A stretch of 64,000 bases of DNA from Octopus sinensis (Eukaryota): positions 93,434,001 to 93,498,000 of the forward strand of contig NC_043000.1 of the NCBI RefSeq assembly GCF_006345805.1, given 5' to 3'. The position numbers and the translations under genes were made by a program. Shown here piece after piece: positions 14,447 to 25,928 of this stretch. How positions within the stretch are numbered: position 1 is the stretch's first letter; every line of letters begins with the position of its first letter. The notes below the pieces were generated by a model. That model had not been told where the DNA came from and searched no databases. It worked only from the letters and a program-made list of their open reading frames with translations.

Positions 14447-14494
<48 letters not shown>

Positions 14495-14669
14495 TATATA
14501 TATATGTATGTATGTGTGTGTGTGTGTGTGTTGTGTGTGTGTGTGTATGTATATATATATATATAGAGAGAGAGAGAGATAGACAGACAGCCAACCAGAC
14601 AGATTGATATATAGACAGATAGATAGATATAGATATTTATAAATATATAATATATATATGTATACATAC

Positions 14670-14716
<47 letters not shown>

Positions 14717-14880
14717 CATAGATATATATGAATACATACACACACACACACATATATATATAAAGAGAGAGAGTCTTGGACCTTTCTAACACTAATCTGG
14801 TTGTTCATCTATTTATTATACGCTTATACTTGTGTCTTCTCATATCCACTAGATACATACAGACATATATATGCATATAT

Positions 14881-14974
<94 letters not shown>

Positions 14975-15044
14975 ATAGGTTTGGTGAAGCAAACAGGAAT
15001 AATAGAACTCTCAAAATATGAGTGTTTGGGAGTGGGGACTCAAA

Positions 15045-15715
15045 AGTAATTGGAAATGTTCTCTGTGGGACAAACCCATTGTAGAAGTGACTCCTGCTGC
15101 TAGAAGCCACTTTATGCAACCCTCAGGCATCTGTCTGCTGATGCCATCCTCCAAGACACACCATATACTGCTATATGGTGTGTCTTTGAGTTTCAGTGCT
15201 TCTCCCCTGTTCATTGATTTTTGCGATGGCTGAAACAAAGGAACAACTTGCTTCTATGAAATTCTGTTTCCTGCTGGGGAAAACAGTAGCTGAAACAGTT
15301 ATGCTTCAAACAGCTTATGAGGATGCTGTCATGAGCAAAACACAAGCTTATGAGAGGTTTCCATACTTTAAGAATGGCCACCTGTTGCTTGAAGACTGAC
15401 CTTGTTGAGGGTGGCTGTCAACCTCCGGAATGAAAATTTATGAACTGATCTTGGTGGACCACCATTGAACAATAGATGAACTTGTTGATCTGACCGTCAT
15501 TTCCTAGAGTGCCTGCCAATTAATTTTGAGTGAAGAATTGTGAGCGAAAAGAGTTGCAGCAAATTTTGTGCCTTGCTTGTTCACAGAAGTATGAGACAAT
15601 TTTTGACCAAAAGTGGCATGACACCACTTACCCACCTTCCCTATTCACCTGAGCTTGCTCCCTCAAATGAAAAAGTCCTGAAAGGAAAAGGTTTTGAAAA
15701 TGTGGAAGAGGTGGT
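15045..15715 (+). mobile_element. Decayed, internally deleted mariner transposon
   Basis: MAETKEQLASMKFCFLLGKTVAETVMLQTAYED (HTH region) and HLPYSPELAPS (YSPDLAP motif). Confidence 0.85.
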
Positions 15716-16629
15716 GAAATTCTCGATGGAAATGTTTCTTTATTAAAGGCAGGAAGCCCCTGGCTACATCAGTAGAAACTTTCAGTTAAAATGGTGGTAG
15801 TGGTGGGGGGGTTATACCAGATTATTTTCCATTTCCTAATTCTTTTAGGGTGAGTAGAGGGGGTTTGGAGTCCATCTGCATATGTAAGCTTCTCAGAAAA
15901 TCCGCTCCTAGACAAATCCTCCTTGTGGTGGGGGATGGCCCTTTAAAATATCTCCATGTTGGCTAAGAATTTAGAGACCATTTGCTAATGCCTGAAACCA
16001 GGTTTATATATATATAATTATATATATATTGATGGGTATAGGAAATAGAGAAGTTATAACTGAGCTACATATGTTGTGAAAGAAACATATATGCTGCTGG
16101 GAACTGAACTCATGAACTTATGATTAGGATCCGAATACCTTAACCAATAAGTTATGTGCCTTCACCATTCAAGCCAACAATAACACTGCTCACAGAACTG
16201 AGAAAGAATATTCCAGAGGTTATGAGATTTTTCTTTTAGGAAAGGTGGTTATAATTTTCCTAGATTATTGAAATTTTAGTATATCGTTACTATACAACAA
16301 ATAAGCTGACTTGTCACCTTTTGTTATTCTAGGTTGAAGGTGATGACTGTACCAGCTCTTTGAACATACCCTGCAAAATACTGCTTTTCACAACTGACTA
16401 GTTTGCAGGATGCATGGAGACAATTTGAAAGTTCGCTATACAACATAGTTTTGAGTTAAAATAAGCAAAAATGATACAGAAACATATGAAATGCTTCAGA
16501 CTGCTAATGGATTGTTTTTTTACGTGGGTACAAGATTTTCAAGAATGGTAGAAAGGAGGTGAGGGATGATGAGAGGTATGGGGGAAAGTGAGATGTCAGA
16601 ACATCAGAGATGACTGAGAAAATTTGCAA

Positions 16630-17237
16630 TTTTCTGGATGAATTCACTATTAATCTCGACAACAGTTTTAAAATGGTGATTGTTAGACTGCCTTTTCATC
16701 TTGGGGAAGAGATGGAAGTCTGCTGGTGCTAAATCTGGTAAATAGGATGAGTGCAGAAGCAATACCATGTTGTTTTTTGGCAAAAAATTTATGAGTGAAG
16801 AGAACTGGGTAACAGGGTGCATTGTTGTCATGAAGAAACCAATTCTTTGTGCCCCACAGCTCTGGTTGCATTCACTGAATATCCTCTCTCAAACCCTTCA
16901 AACGTTGCAGTAGAACTCTCAAGTGATGGCTTGGCCCTGGGGGATGAATTCTTGATGCAAAATGCCTCCTATCCAGGGGTGACACTCATTCATCATGCCT
17001 ACTGTCTTCCAGGGAGTTCTTTTGCTTTTGAAGAATCTTTGCCACTTGCACATTGCATGTAACCCACTGCCTTGTCATCGTAAGCTTGCTGAAGCATGAT
17101 CAATATTTCTGTAGCAGACTCCCCAAGTTTATTAAAAAATTTCATGTCACTGTTAGCTCTCACTGTGCATGCAAATGTGTGCTGCCATCTGTTGGCATGC
17201 TACAGAACTAGTCAGGGAACGTTTTGATACCACCTCG
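16630..17237 (-). mobile_element. Decayed mariner transposon (a plus-strand mariner N-terminal fragment lies at ~16400-16630)
   Basis: WFLHDNNAPC and YLPDLAPADFHLFPKMK; TIR-like end ACGAGGTGGTATCAAAACGTTCCCTGACT on the minus strand at 17237. Confidence 0.85.
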
Positions 17238-17259
17238 TCGTATGTGTGTGTGTATGTGT

Positions 17260-17400
17260 TCAAAATACTATGCGTGATATTCTCCCTCTAACATGTGGTG
17301 AAAAACTATAAAATATGCAAGGGCAATCTCAAAATACTATGAGTGATATTCTCCCTCTAACATGTGGTGAAGAAACTATAAAATATGCAAGGGCAATCTC
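17260..17400. repeat. ~70-bp tandem duplication
   Basis: TCAAAATACTATG(C/A)GTGATATTCTCCCTCTAACATGTGGTG...GGGCAATC occurs twice. Confidence 0.9.
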
Positions 17401-17499
17401 CTTCATTTTCCTAACCAAAAAGAGAATAACACTTTACATTTACATCTGTTTAAATTTCAATAGTGAAGAGTTTAAAGATTATAGTTTAACTCTGTACAT

Positions 17500-17745
17500 T
17501 TATGTAAGCCCAAAAGGAAATTTAATACAAGCTATCCAAACAAGTCTGGCTTACGTCATTGTATCTAACGTCCAGCCTAATAATAAAGCTACTCTCAGAA
17601 CTTACATTGGTCTGGCCGAGAATTCCTTTAAAACTCACTACATGTAGCAATTTAATTGTATAAAACTAATGATTCACACTTTCACTCTAAATGTAAAAAA
17701 AGACCCCAAACAACTCTGAATAAGAACAATGTGAATCATCAACTC
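17500..17745 (+). pseudogene. Penelope-like (Naiad-type) GIY-YIG endonuclease remnant
   Basis: RTYIGLAENSFKTHY resembles the YIGLxExxFKxRY motif. Confidence 0.6.
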
Positions 17746-17767
17746 TATACATACAATACATACAAGC

Positions 17768-17800
<33 letters not shown>

Positions 17801-17977
17801 TACAAATATATATATGTATGTCATAATAAAATAAATATAAGAGAGTGGTCACTATATGGCTCACTCTAGCACCAGTTAATCCAAAAGGTTTCAACCACAA
17901 AAATACATGTTTCCCATGAAAGTCAGTACGATTGTTAGCTCACACGGACAGGGCAAATAAAAAATAACAAAAATACA

Positions 17978-18069
17978 GATTATTTTGGGACAATTGTTTC
18001 GCTATTAATGAATTAAATGTAATTTTACTTACAAAAAAATCCACTTGTAGCTCGTCAGCCAAAACTATC
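17978..18069 (-). ncRNA. Type I hammerhead ribozyme
   Basis: GATAGTTTTGG-CTGACGA-GCTA...TAGC-GAAA-CAATTG-TC-CCAAAATAATC: stem I 10 of 11 paired, intact core, GUC site, palindromic stem III ACAATTGT. Confidence 0.85.
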
Positions 18070-18495
18070 TGGATGAAATCCACTCAATCACACGCCAGAT
18101 TTTACCATAACGATAAATACGCGTGTGGTTCAATTGATTACATCCGACGTTATAATTCAAATGCCCCAACTAACAGCGCGCCAAACTTTCACGGAAAACA
18201 AATACAGCATTTAGAAATAAATGCAGCATAATTATAATTAATTAATAAGGGTGAGAGAATTAGATACTAATTTAATAGTATATCTATTCAACACCAAGTG
18301 GCCTAGTGCTCCGAGAAACCTGGATTATTATAATATTTTATAATATATTACAATATTTTTACAAAATAAATATAAGAGAGTGGTCGCGCTGTTAGTTGGG
18401 GCATTTGAATTATAACGTCGGATGTAATCAATTGAACCACACGCGTATTTATCGTTATGGTAAAATCTGGCGTGTGATTGAGTGGATTTCATCCA

Positions 18496-18587
18496 GATAG
18501 TCTTGGCTGACGAGCTACAAGTGGATTTTTTTGTAAGTAAAATTACATTTAATTCATTAATAGCGAAACAATTGTCCCAAAATAATC
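18496..18587 (+). ncRNA. Type I hammerhead ribozyme
   Basis: CTGACGA 18507-18513; stem II GCTA/TAGC with a pairable internal extension; GAAA 18565-18568; predicted cleavage after C18576 (GUC); stem I TTGG/CCAA plus extension. Confidence 0.85.
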
Positions 18588-19170
18588 TGTATTTTTGTTA
18601 TTTTTTATTTGCCCTGTCCGTGTGAGCTAACAATCGTACTGACTTTCATGGGAAACATGTATTTTTGTGGTTGAAACCTTTTGGATTAACTGGTGCTAGA
18701 GTGAGCCATATAGTGACCACTCTCTTATATTTATTTTGTAAAAATATTGTAATATATTATAAAATATTATAATAATCCAGGTTTCTCGGAGCACTAGGCC
18801 ACTTGGTGTTGAATAGATATACTATTAAATTAGTATCTAATTCTCTCACCCTTATTAATTAATTATGTATGTCATATATATCTAATATAAATGTACACAC
18901 ATACACACACACACATATATATATTTATATCTGTATATACGTGCTTTTGTTTGTATACATATGCAAATATGTGTATATATAAATACATATACACACATGC
19001 TTACATATATATGTGTGTGTATGTATATATATATATATGTATGTATCCATACAAATAGATATATATATAATATACATATTTATTATATATATGTCTGTGT
19101 GTGTGTAATATAGATATATATATATGTATGCATGTATATATGTCTGTCTATTTCTCTGTGTGTCTATCTC

Positions 19171-19261
<91 letters not shown>

Positions 19262-19416
19262 TATATATACACATACATATATATATATATTGCACTGGCT
19301 TACATTTTGTCCAACGATTTTCTTAGCAACAATAAATAGAGTTTCTTCACCTACCATCTCACAATTTTGTTACCATGGAGTGAACAGAAAAAAACGAAAG
19401 CAGTGAAAAAGAAAAG

Positions 19417-19482
<66 letters not shown>

Positions 19483-20214
19483 GTTCTGTAGGAGTGTCTG
19501 AAAGGGAAGAAAGCACTCAACACAGAGAACCAGAAAAACATGAAAACAACACATTAAAAAGCAACAACAAATGAGAATAATAATAATAATAATAATAATG
19601 ATAATAATAATAATGATAATAATAATAATAATAATAATAATGATAATAATAATAATATACATAAATAACAGTAAAAATCTTAAGGAATTACTTAAATACT
19701 CAATGAAATAAGCCCTATTACCCATCGTTAGTTCTTGGAGATCATATCGTATTAAGACCTGTCATTGTTAAAATCCTCTTTTTCCCTCTTTTTTCTCTGT
19801 CAGTCTGCCTCTCTTTGTTTCTTTTACTTTCTGATTCTCTGTCTCTCTCTTTTAACTCTCTCTCTCTCTATCTCTATCTTTCTGTCTCTGTTTCTCTTTC
19901 TCTCTCTCTTCATCACCCACTTTCTATTGTGATGGACAACTGGAGTTGTGTCCAACGTAAGTATGGAAACCAATACTCTCTATAATCTACTTAAAATGAT
20001 GGAAGAGAAGACGTTTTTGCTGTGAAGAAGATTGAACTCATTTGAAGGTATTATGGATGGTGTTCTCTCTCCCAATCTCTCTCTCTCTCTCTCTCTCTTA
20101 AACACACACACGTACACACACACACGTACACACACACACGTACACACACACACGTACACTCACACATGCACATATGCAGACACACTCTGTCTTTCTAATT
20201 CGCACTCATGCATG

Positions 20215-20257
<43 letters not shown>

Positions 20258-20699
20258 ATGCATGTAAATATGTAAATACATTATGCATCCAAGCATATAT
20301 ATATACACATACATATATGTATATACATATATATATATATATATAATATATATATATATAATATATATATATATATGTATGTATATACATATATGTATGT
20401 ATATATATGCATACATACATAAATATATATTTCATTTTTTCATCTTTTACTTGTTCCAATCATTGGATGTGGCCATCTTGATTGGTTAAGTTGAGAAAAT
20501 TCAACGCCAGTTAATAGTATATATTTTTAAAGCCTGAAACTTATTCTATCAGTTATTTTGTTGAACCACTAAGTTATGAGGTTGTAAACAAATCAATGCT
20601 AGTTGCTGAGCAATGTTGGGCAACAAACACAACTACAAAAACACACAAACACACACACACATACACGCACACACCACACATATACACACACAAACACAG

Positions 20700-20730
<31 letters not shown>

Positions 20731-21111
20731 CAGACACAGACAGACACAAACACAAACACACACGCAGACACAAACATGCATACACACAAACACAAACACA
20801 CATACAAATGCAGACACAAACATACACACATAAATACACACACACACACACACATTAAGAATTAAGAGTATCTCTAGTAATGTAAGCATGATAGGTGACT
20901 TGTACACAATGTGTTTCATTTATGCACCAAATTTTATGTGGGAGCTTTCCCTGAATGCTGTCCCACAGCAAATTTGGTGTATAAACAAAACACATACAAT
21001 ATGTATGTTCAACTGATAATGGTCAGCTCCATGTCAAACCGTCCAACCCATGCCAGCATGGGAAGTAGACGTTAAATGACAATGATGATTATATATATAT
21101 ATATAATATAT

Positions 21112-21524
21112 TTGAGGTGGTTTCTTGACTAAGAATTCATCAAGGTATCTTTTTATATCATTCAAGGAATTGAAATTTTTTCCATTAAGACTATTCTACA
21201 GAGACCTGAATAAGTGGAAATCCGAAAGAGCAATATCTGGTGAATATCGAGAGTGGGAGTAACACATCCCAGCTGAGCTGCAGCAATTTTTGTCTGGTTC
21301 CCAAAGCAACAAGTGCTGAAAATGAACTTTCTTATCTTCCATTTTAAAGGATTATAGAATTAACACAGGTTATAGGAACATAAACCTTCTTCTGCGAAAA
21401 TATAGCTTAAACTCTGCTCTAAATGGATGTGTAGTCAAGTCCTATTTTATGGACTCAACCATGTTCTAAAATAAGTTGAAAGGTAAGCTACTATAAATCG
21501 GCATGAACTTTCCGGACAACCCAA
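21112..21524 (-). mobile_element. Partial mariner deletion derivative (same family as 52804-53371)
   Basis: TIR end AACTTTCCGGACAACCCAA followed by TA; same internal deletion junction as the 52.8-kb copy. Confidence 0.85.
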
Positions 21525-22097
21525 TATATATGCTGGCATGGTTAACCTCTACTTCCTATGCTGGCAGGGGTTGGACGGTTTGTCATGGAGGTGACCAGGT
21601 GGGAGCTGTCTAGACTCCAATTGTCTGTTGTAGCATGGTTGCTACAGGTGGGTGCCTTTCCTAACACCAACCACTTAACAGAGTGTACTGGGTGCTTTTT
21701 TTATGTGCCACTGGCAAGAAGTGCATTCGCACAGCATCAGCACAGGGTGTTCACACAGCACCAGCACAGGTGCATTTTATGTGGTCCTAATACCTGAAAA
21801 GACAAGCCTGTATGTGTGGAAGACAGCGATTTTACTTAGCTTGATGTATCTTATAAAGTACAACAAACTGTCACATCTCTTTATATAAAGTCCAGGGTGG
21901 AACAAAAAATTGCCCCATATTTTACAAGAAAATTATTTGGTGATAACTGGTTAGAATGTCTACAGGTAGTCACTGTTGTACTGTTGTATTTGTGGTTGGA
22001 ATTGTAATTTGACTCAATGCATATATTGTGCTTGCTTTTGAAATGTTTGTCAATTTCTAAAACGTATGAGGTATTTTTGTTGCACCCTTTACCTGTA

Positions 22098-22345
22098 GTG
22101 GAGGTGCATGGCTTAATGGCTAGAGTGTTGGTCTCATGATGATAAAATTGTGATTTCAATTCCTGGACTGGGTGATGTGTCATGTGCTTGAGCAAAACAC
22201 TTCATTTCATGTTGCTCCAGTTCCCTGGGGTGACAAAAATGAGTAATTCTGCGATGGACCAGTGTCCCATCCAGTGGGGGAATATATATGCCACAGAACC
22301 TGGGAAGCTGGCCCTATGAGTCTATGTGACTCAGGAAGTTTCTTT
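22098..22345 (+). mobile_element. tRNA-derived SINE, family D
   Basis: Head GTGCATGGCTTAATGGCTAGAGTG; body GCGATGGACCAGTGTCCCATCCAG; related heads at ~9630, 38830-39050(-), 39140, 46075, 48590-48700(-). Confidence 0.7.
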
Positions 22346-23638
22346 ATCCTTTGCCCTATTCTGGACTTTATAATTCCTCAAAAAATGGACAAAAAGTAAA
22401 GTTGACCCAGATGTAATGTGAACTTGGTATGCAAAGAACCATGTCAAATACTACAAAACATTCTTTAAAATATTGTTTGTTTGTTTCTTCTTCAGCCATG
22501 CCTAGCTCATAAGGGCTGGTTTCCCAGTTTTATTGGCGTATAAGTTCAGCACATGGATGGGACACTAGTCCATTGCAGGTGAGCTGCTGGATGCAAAAGG
22601 AAAGAGTAAGAGAAAGTTGTGGCAAAAGAGTCAGCAGAAGTTTGCCATTACCTTCTGCCAGAGCCGTGTGGAGCTTAGGTGTTTCACTCATAAACACCCA
22701 CATTGCTCGATCTGAGATTTCAACCCATGATCCCTCAACTGCGAGTCTGCTGCTCTAGCCACTAGGCTATGTGTCTCTACATTCTATAAAATATTGGATT
22801 CAAATTTTGGCACAAGGCCAGCAACTGGTATTTATTTTATCAACCCCCAAAAGAGTGAAAAGCAAAGCAAACCTTGGGAGGATTTGAACTCAGAATGTTA
22901 TGATGAACAAAATGCCTCTAAGCATTTTGGCCAGCATGTTAACGATTCTACCAGCTCACTGCCTTAATATTCTTTGAAATATTGGTTTCAGATTTAGTAT
23001 AAGGCCAACAACATCAGGGGAGATGGCATATTGCTAACATCAACCCCAGTACTCAACTGGTACTTATTTTATTGGGCCTGAAAGTGGAATTTAACCTCGG
23101 AATGTAAAGACAGATGAAATACCGCTAAGCATTTTGGCCGGTGTGCTAATGATTCTGCCACCTTGTCACTTTAACATTCTTTGAAATAATACATGCACAA
23201 AATGTAGTGGCTGAAGATATTTCCACAAAATAATGCTTTGCAGGATCTAAGCTGGAATTAGGGGACAGCCAAGAGAATATGTTGACCACACAGCCAGCCA
23301 CACTTGAGTCCATGACTGTTGCTATTCTCGGGTTAATGCAGTTCTTGTTATTGTTCTTGTTATTCATGCTAGTTCTATTGTTGCAGATGTTGGTATAAGC
23401 ACTGGTGGTGGTGGTGGTAGTGGTGCGATAGTAAATTTTGTTGCTCTTTTTTCTGTCTTTCTTTCTATTATAGTAGAGTTTGATATCATATTTGCCAAAA
23501 TCCAATTAGGAAATTTTCATTGAGAATCCTTTCTTTTATAAAATAAGACAACCTTTCAAAGATAAATGGTAAGATTGCATTTAATAAAAGACATCACTCT
23601 CTCTCTCTTTCTTTCTATTAAAGGAGGCACAAGCACTT

Positions 23639-23704
<66 letters not shown>

Positions 23705-24419
23705 ACACATATAGTGCCTGTGTCAATTTAACCAATCCCATATACACATATATCTATATAATGTATGCATGTATATGTATACACACAATGTATATGTGTG
23801 TGTGTATATATATATGTATATATATATATATTATATGTATGTATATATATTATATATATATATATAAACATGCATACATTATCTATCTATCAATCTATCT
23901 ATATATATATATATAAATAACATACATACATGTATACATACATACATTCATACATATATACATATATATATATATTTGTTGGCATTAATAAAAACAAAAC
24001 ACAATATCTAACTCTACATAAAAGGAACACAACATTGTTGCTTGACCTACTAAAAATAGCAGCTAATATCACTTTGAAATCATACCCAATCCTCAAAATA
24101 GGATACATCAGAAAGTGTAGTTTGAGATATGTTAGTGCAGAAAAAAATATAAGAGGTAATGGTCATGGCTAAGTGTCTTCAACCATCAATAATAAATGAT
24201 ATAGACCTAAGCAACAACTAATGGGGACAACACAGGAAAGTAGGAACTTTCTTGAGACAATAGAAATGAGATAGCCTTCTGGTATATACACTACTCTGTA
24301 AAGAGTGATTAATGGTAAGAAGGCTATCTAGGCATAGAATCTTTGTAAGAAAGAAAACATATGAGAAGAGAAAGATATGACATTGACTCATCTATGATGG
24401 CAGGAATATATGTATATAT

Positions 24420-24708
24420 ATGCCGTTGCCAGCCTCGCCTGGCCCCGTGCCGGTGGCACGTAAAAAGCACCATCCGTCCGTGGCTGTTTGCCAGCTCCGT
24501 CTGGCACCTGTGTGGGTGGCACGTAAAAAGCACCCACTACACTCACGGAGTGGTTGGCGTTAGGAAGGGCATCCAGCCGTAGAAACACTGCCAGATCAGA
24601 CTGGGACTGATGCAGCCTTCTGGCTTCACAGACCCCAGTTGAACCGTCCAACCCATGCTAGCATGGAAAGCGGACGCTAAATGATGATGATGATGATGAT
24701 GATGATGA
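24420..24708 (+). mobile_element. RTE-type LINE 3' UTR fragment with (GAT)n tail
   Basis: GGAAGGGCATCCAGCCGTAGAAAC...CCCATGCTAGCATGGAAAGCGGACG followed by (GAT)n; other copies ~11520-11710, 30070-30255, 39250-39696, 41830-42300(-), 46660-47015, 54610-54790(-); linked to an RTE ORF end in the 52083-52790 copy. Confidence 0.75.
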
Positions 24709-24737
24709 TATATATATATATATATATATACACACAC

Positions 24738-24945
24738 TCTTTTACTTGTTTCAGTCATTTGACTGCAGCCATGCTGGAACACCGCCTTTTAGTCAAGCAA
24801 ATTGACCCCAGGACTTATTCTTTGGAAGCCTTGTACTTACTCTATCGGCCTCTTTTGCTCAACCACTAAGTTACAGGGGCGTAAACACACAAGCATCGGT
24901 TGTCAAGCGATGTTGGAGGGACAAACACAGACACACAAACATATA
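24738..24945 (-). mobile_element. Family A SINE, 3' half
   Basis: Reverse complement of the family A body ending CAGTCAAATGACTGAAACAAGTAAAAGAG. Confidence 0.85.
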
Positions 24946-24968
24946 CACACACAACATATAGACACACA

Positions 24969-25017
<49 letters not shown>

Positions 25018-25182
25018 CATAATATATATATACATATATATATGTATATATATATATATATAAGCTGCATCGATCAGCTTTTACGTCTATGACTACTATT
25101 AGTTGTCACTCATTCTGTGAATTCCTCAGGTGGGTAATTCTGTGTTCACTTCACTGGAGAGTAATATTGTCTGGAGTATATA

Positions 25183-25450
25183 TATTAGCAATAATTATAA
25201 CAATATACAACATGGGATCTTGTTCATCCTCCAAATTTATTTCCTCTTATTTTTGAATTTTATACAGCATGTTTTATGGTCTTTATGACCTACACATTTC
25301 CACTGTATAGCTTACAGGCAGTTGCAATAGAAACATGTGTAGGTCGAAAGGGCAAAAAAAGTATAGGGTATAAAATTGTAAAATAAGAGGAAATAAATTT
25401 TGACGATGAGCAAGACTCCATGTTCTATATCATTGTGATTATTGTTAATA
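25183..25450. repeat. Diverged fold-back element with ~115-bp arms
   Basis: AAATTTATTTCCTCTTATTTT pairs with AAAATAAGAGGAAATAAATTT; GACCTACACAT pairs with ATGTGTAGGTC. Confidence 0.75.
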
Positions 25451-25497
25451 CACACACACACACACACATACATACATATATATATACATATATATAT

Positions 25498-25665
25498 AGG
25501 TGTAGGAGTGGCTGTGTGGTAAGTAGCTTGCTTAGCAACCACATGGTTCCGGGTTCATTCCCACTGCATGGCACCTTGGGCAAGTGCCTTCTACTATAGC
25601 CTCAGGCTGACCAAAGCCTTGCGAGTGGATTTGGTAGACGGAAACTGAAAGAAACCCGTCGTATA
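25498..25665 (+). mobile_element. Family A SINE, 5' half
   Basis: GGAGTGGCTGTGTGGTAAGTAGCTTGC...GGTTCCGGGTTCA...GGAAACTGAAAGAA followed by (TA)n. Confidence 0.85.
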
Positions 25666-25928
25666 TATATATATATATATATATGAGTGACAAATAACAG
25701 TAGTCATAGACGTAAAAGCTGATCGATGCAGTTAGCTGTAACCTGGAAAATAACTGAGAGCCACCATACTATCTGCCTGGATGATATGTCCCTTCAAACT
25801 CACATATATATGTGTATATATACATACATGCATACATACATATAAGTGTGTGTGTGTGTGTGTGTATTTGTAAATACATATTTATACATACATACATATA
25901 TACATACATATATCTATATACATATTTA

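Larger units (their letters stand above)
17828..18866. mobile_element. Hammerhead-bearing fold-back element (retrozyme/pLTR-like)
   Basis: 17828-18180 is the reverse complement of 18385-18737 (one mismatch seen); 18234-18385 is the reverse complement of 18715-18866; TA-rich flanks. Confidence 0.9.

Noticed and set aside
23146-23505. 119-aa ORF as a host exon or PLE N-terminus
   Set aside because: Low complexity, ends in a SINE, no recognisable motif
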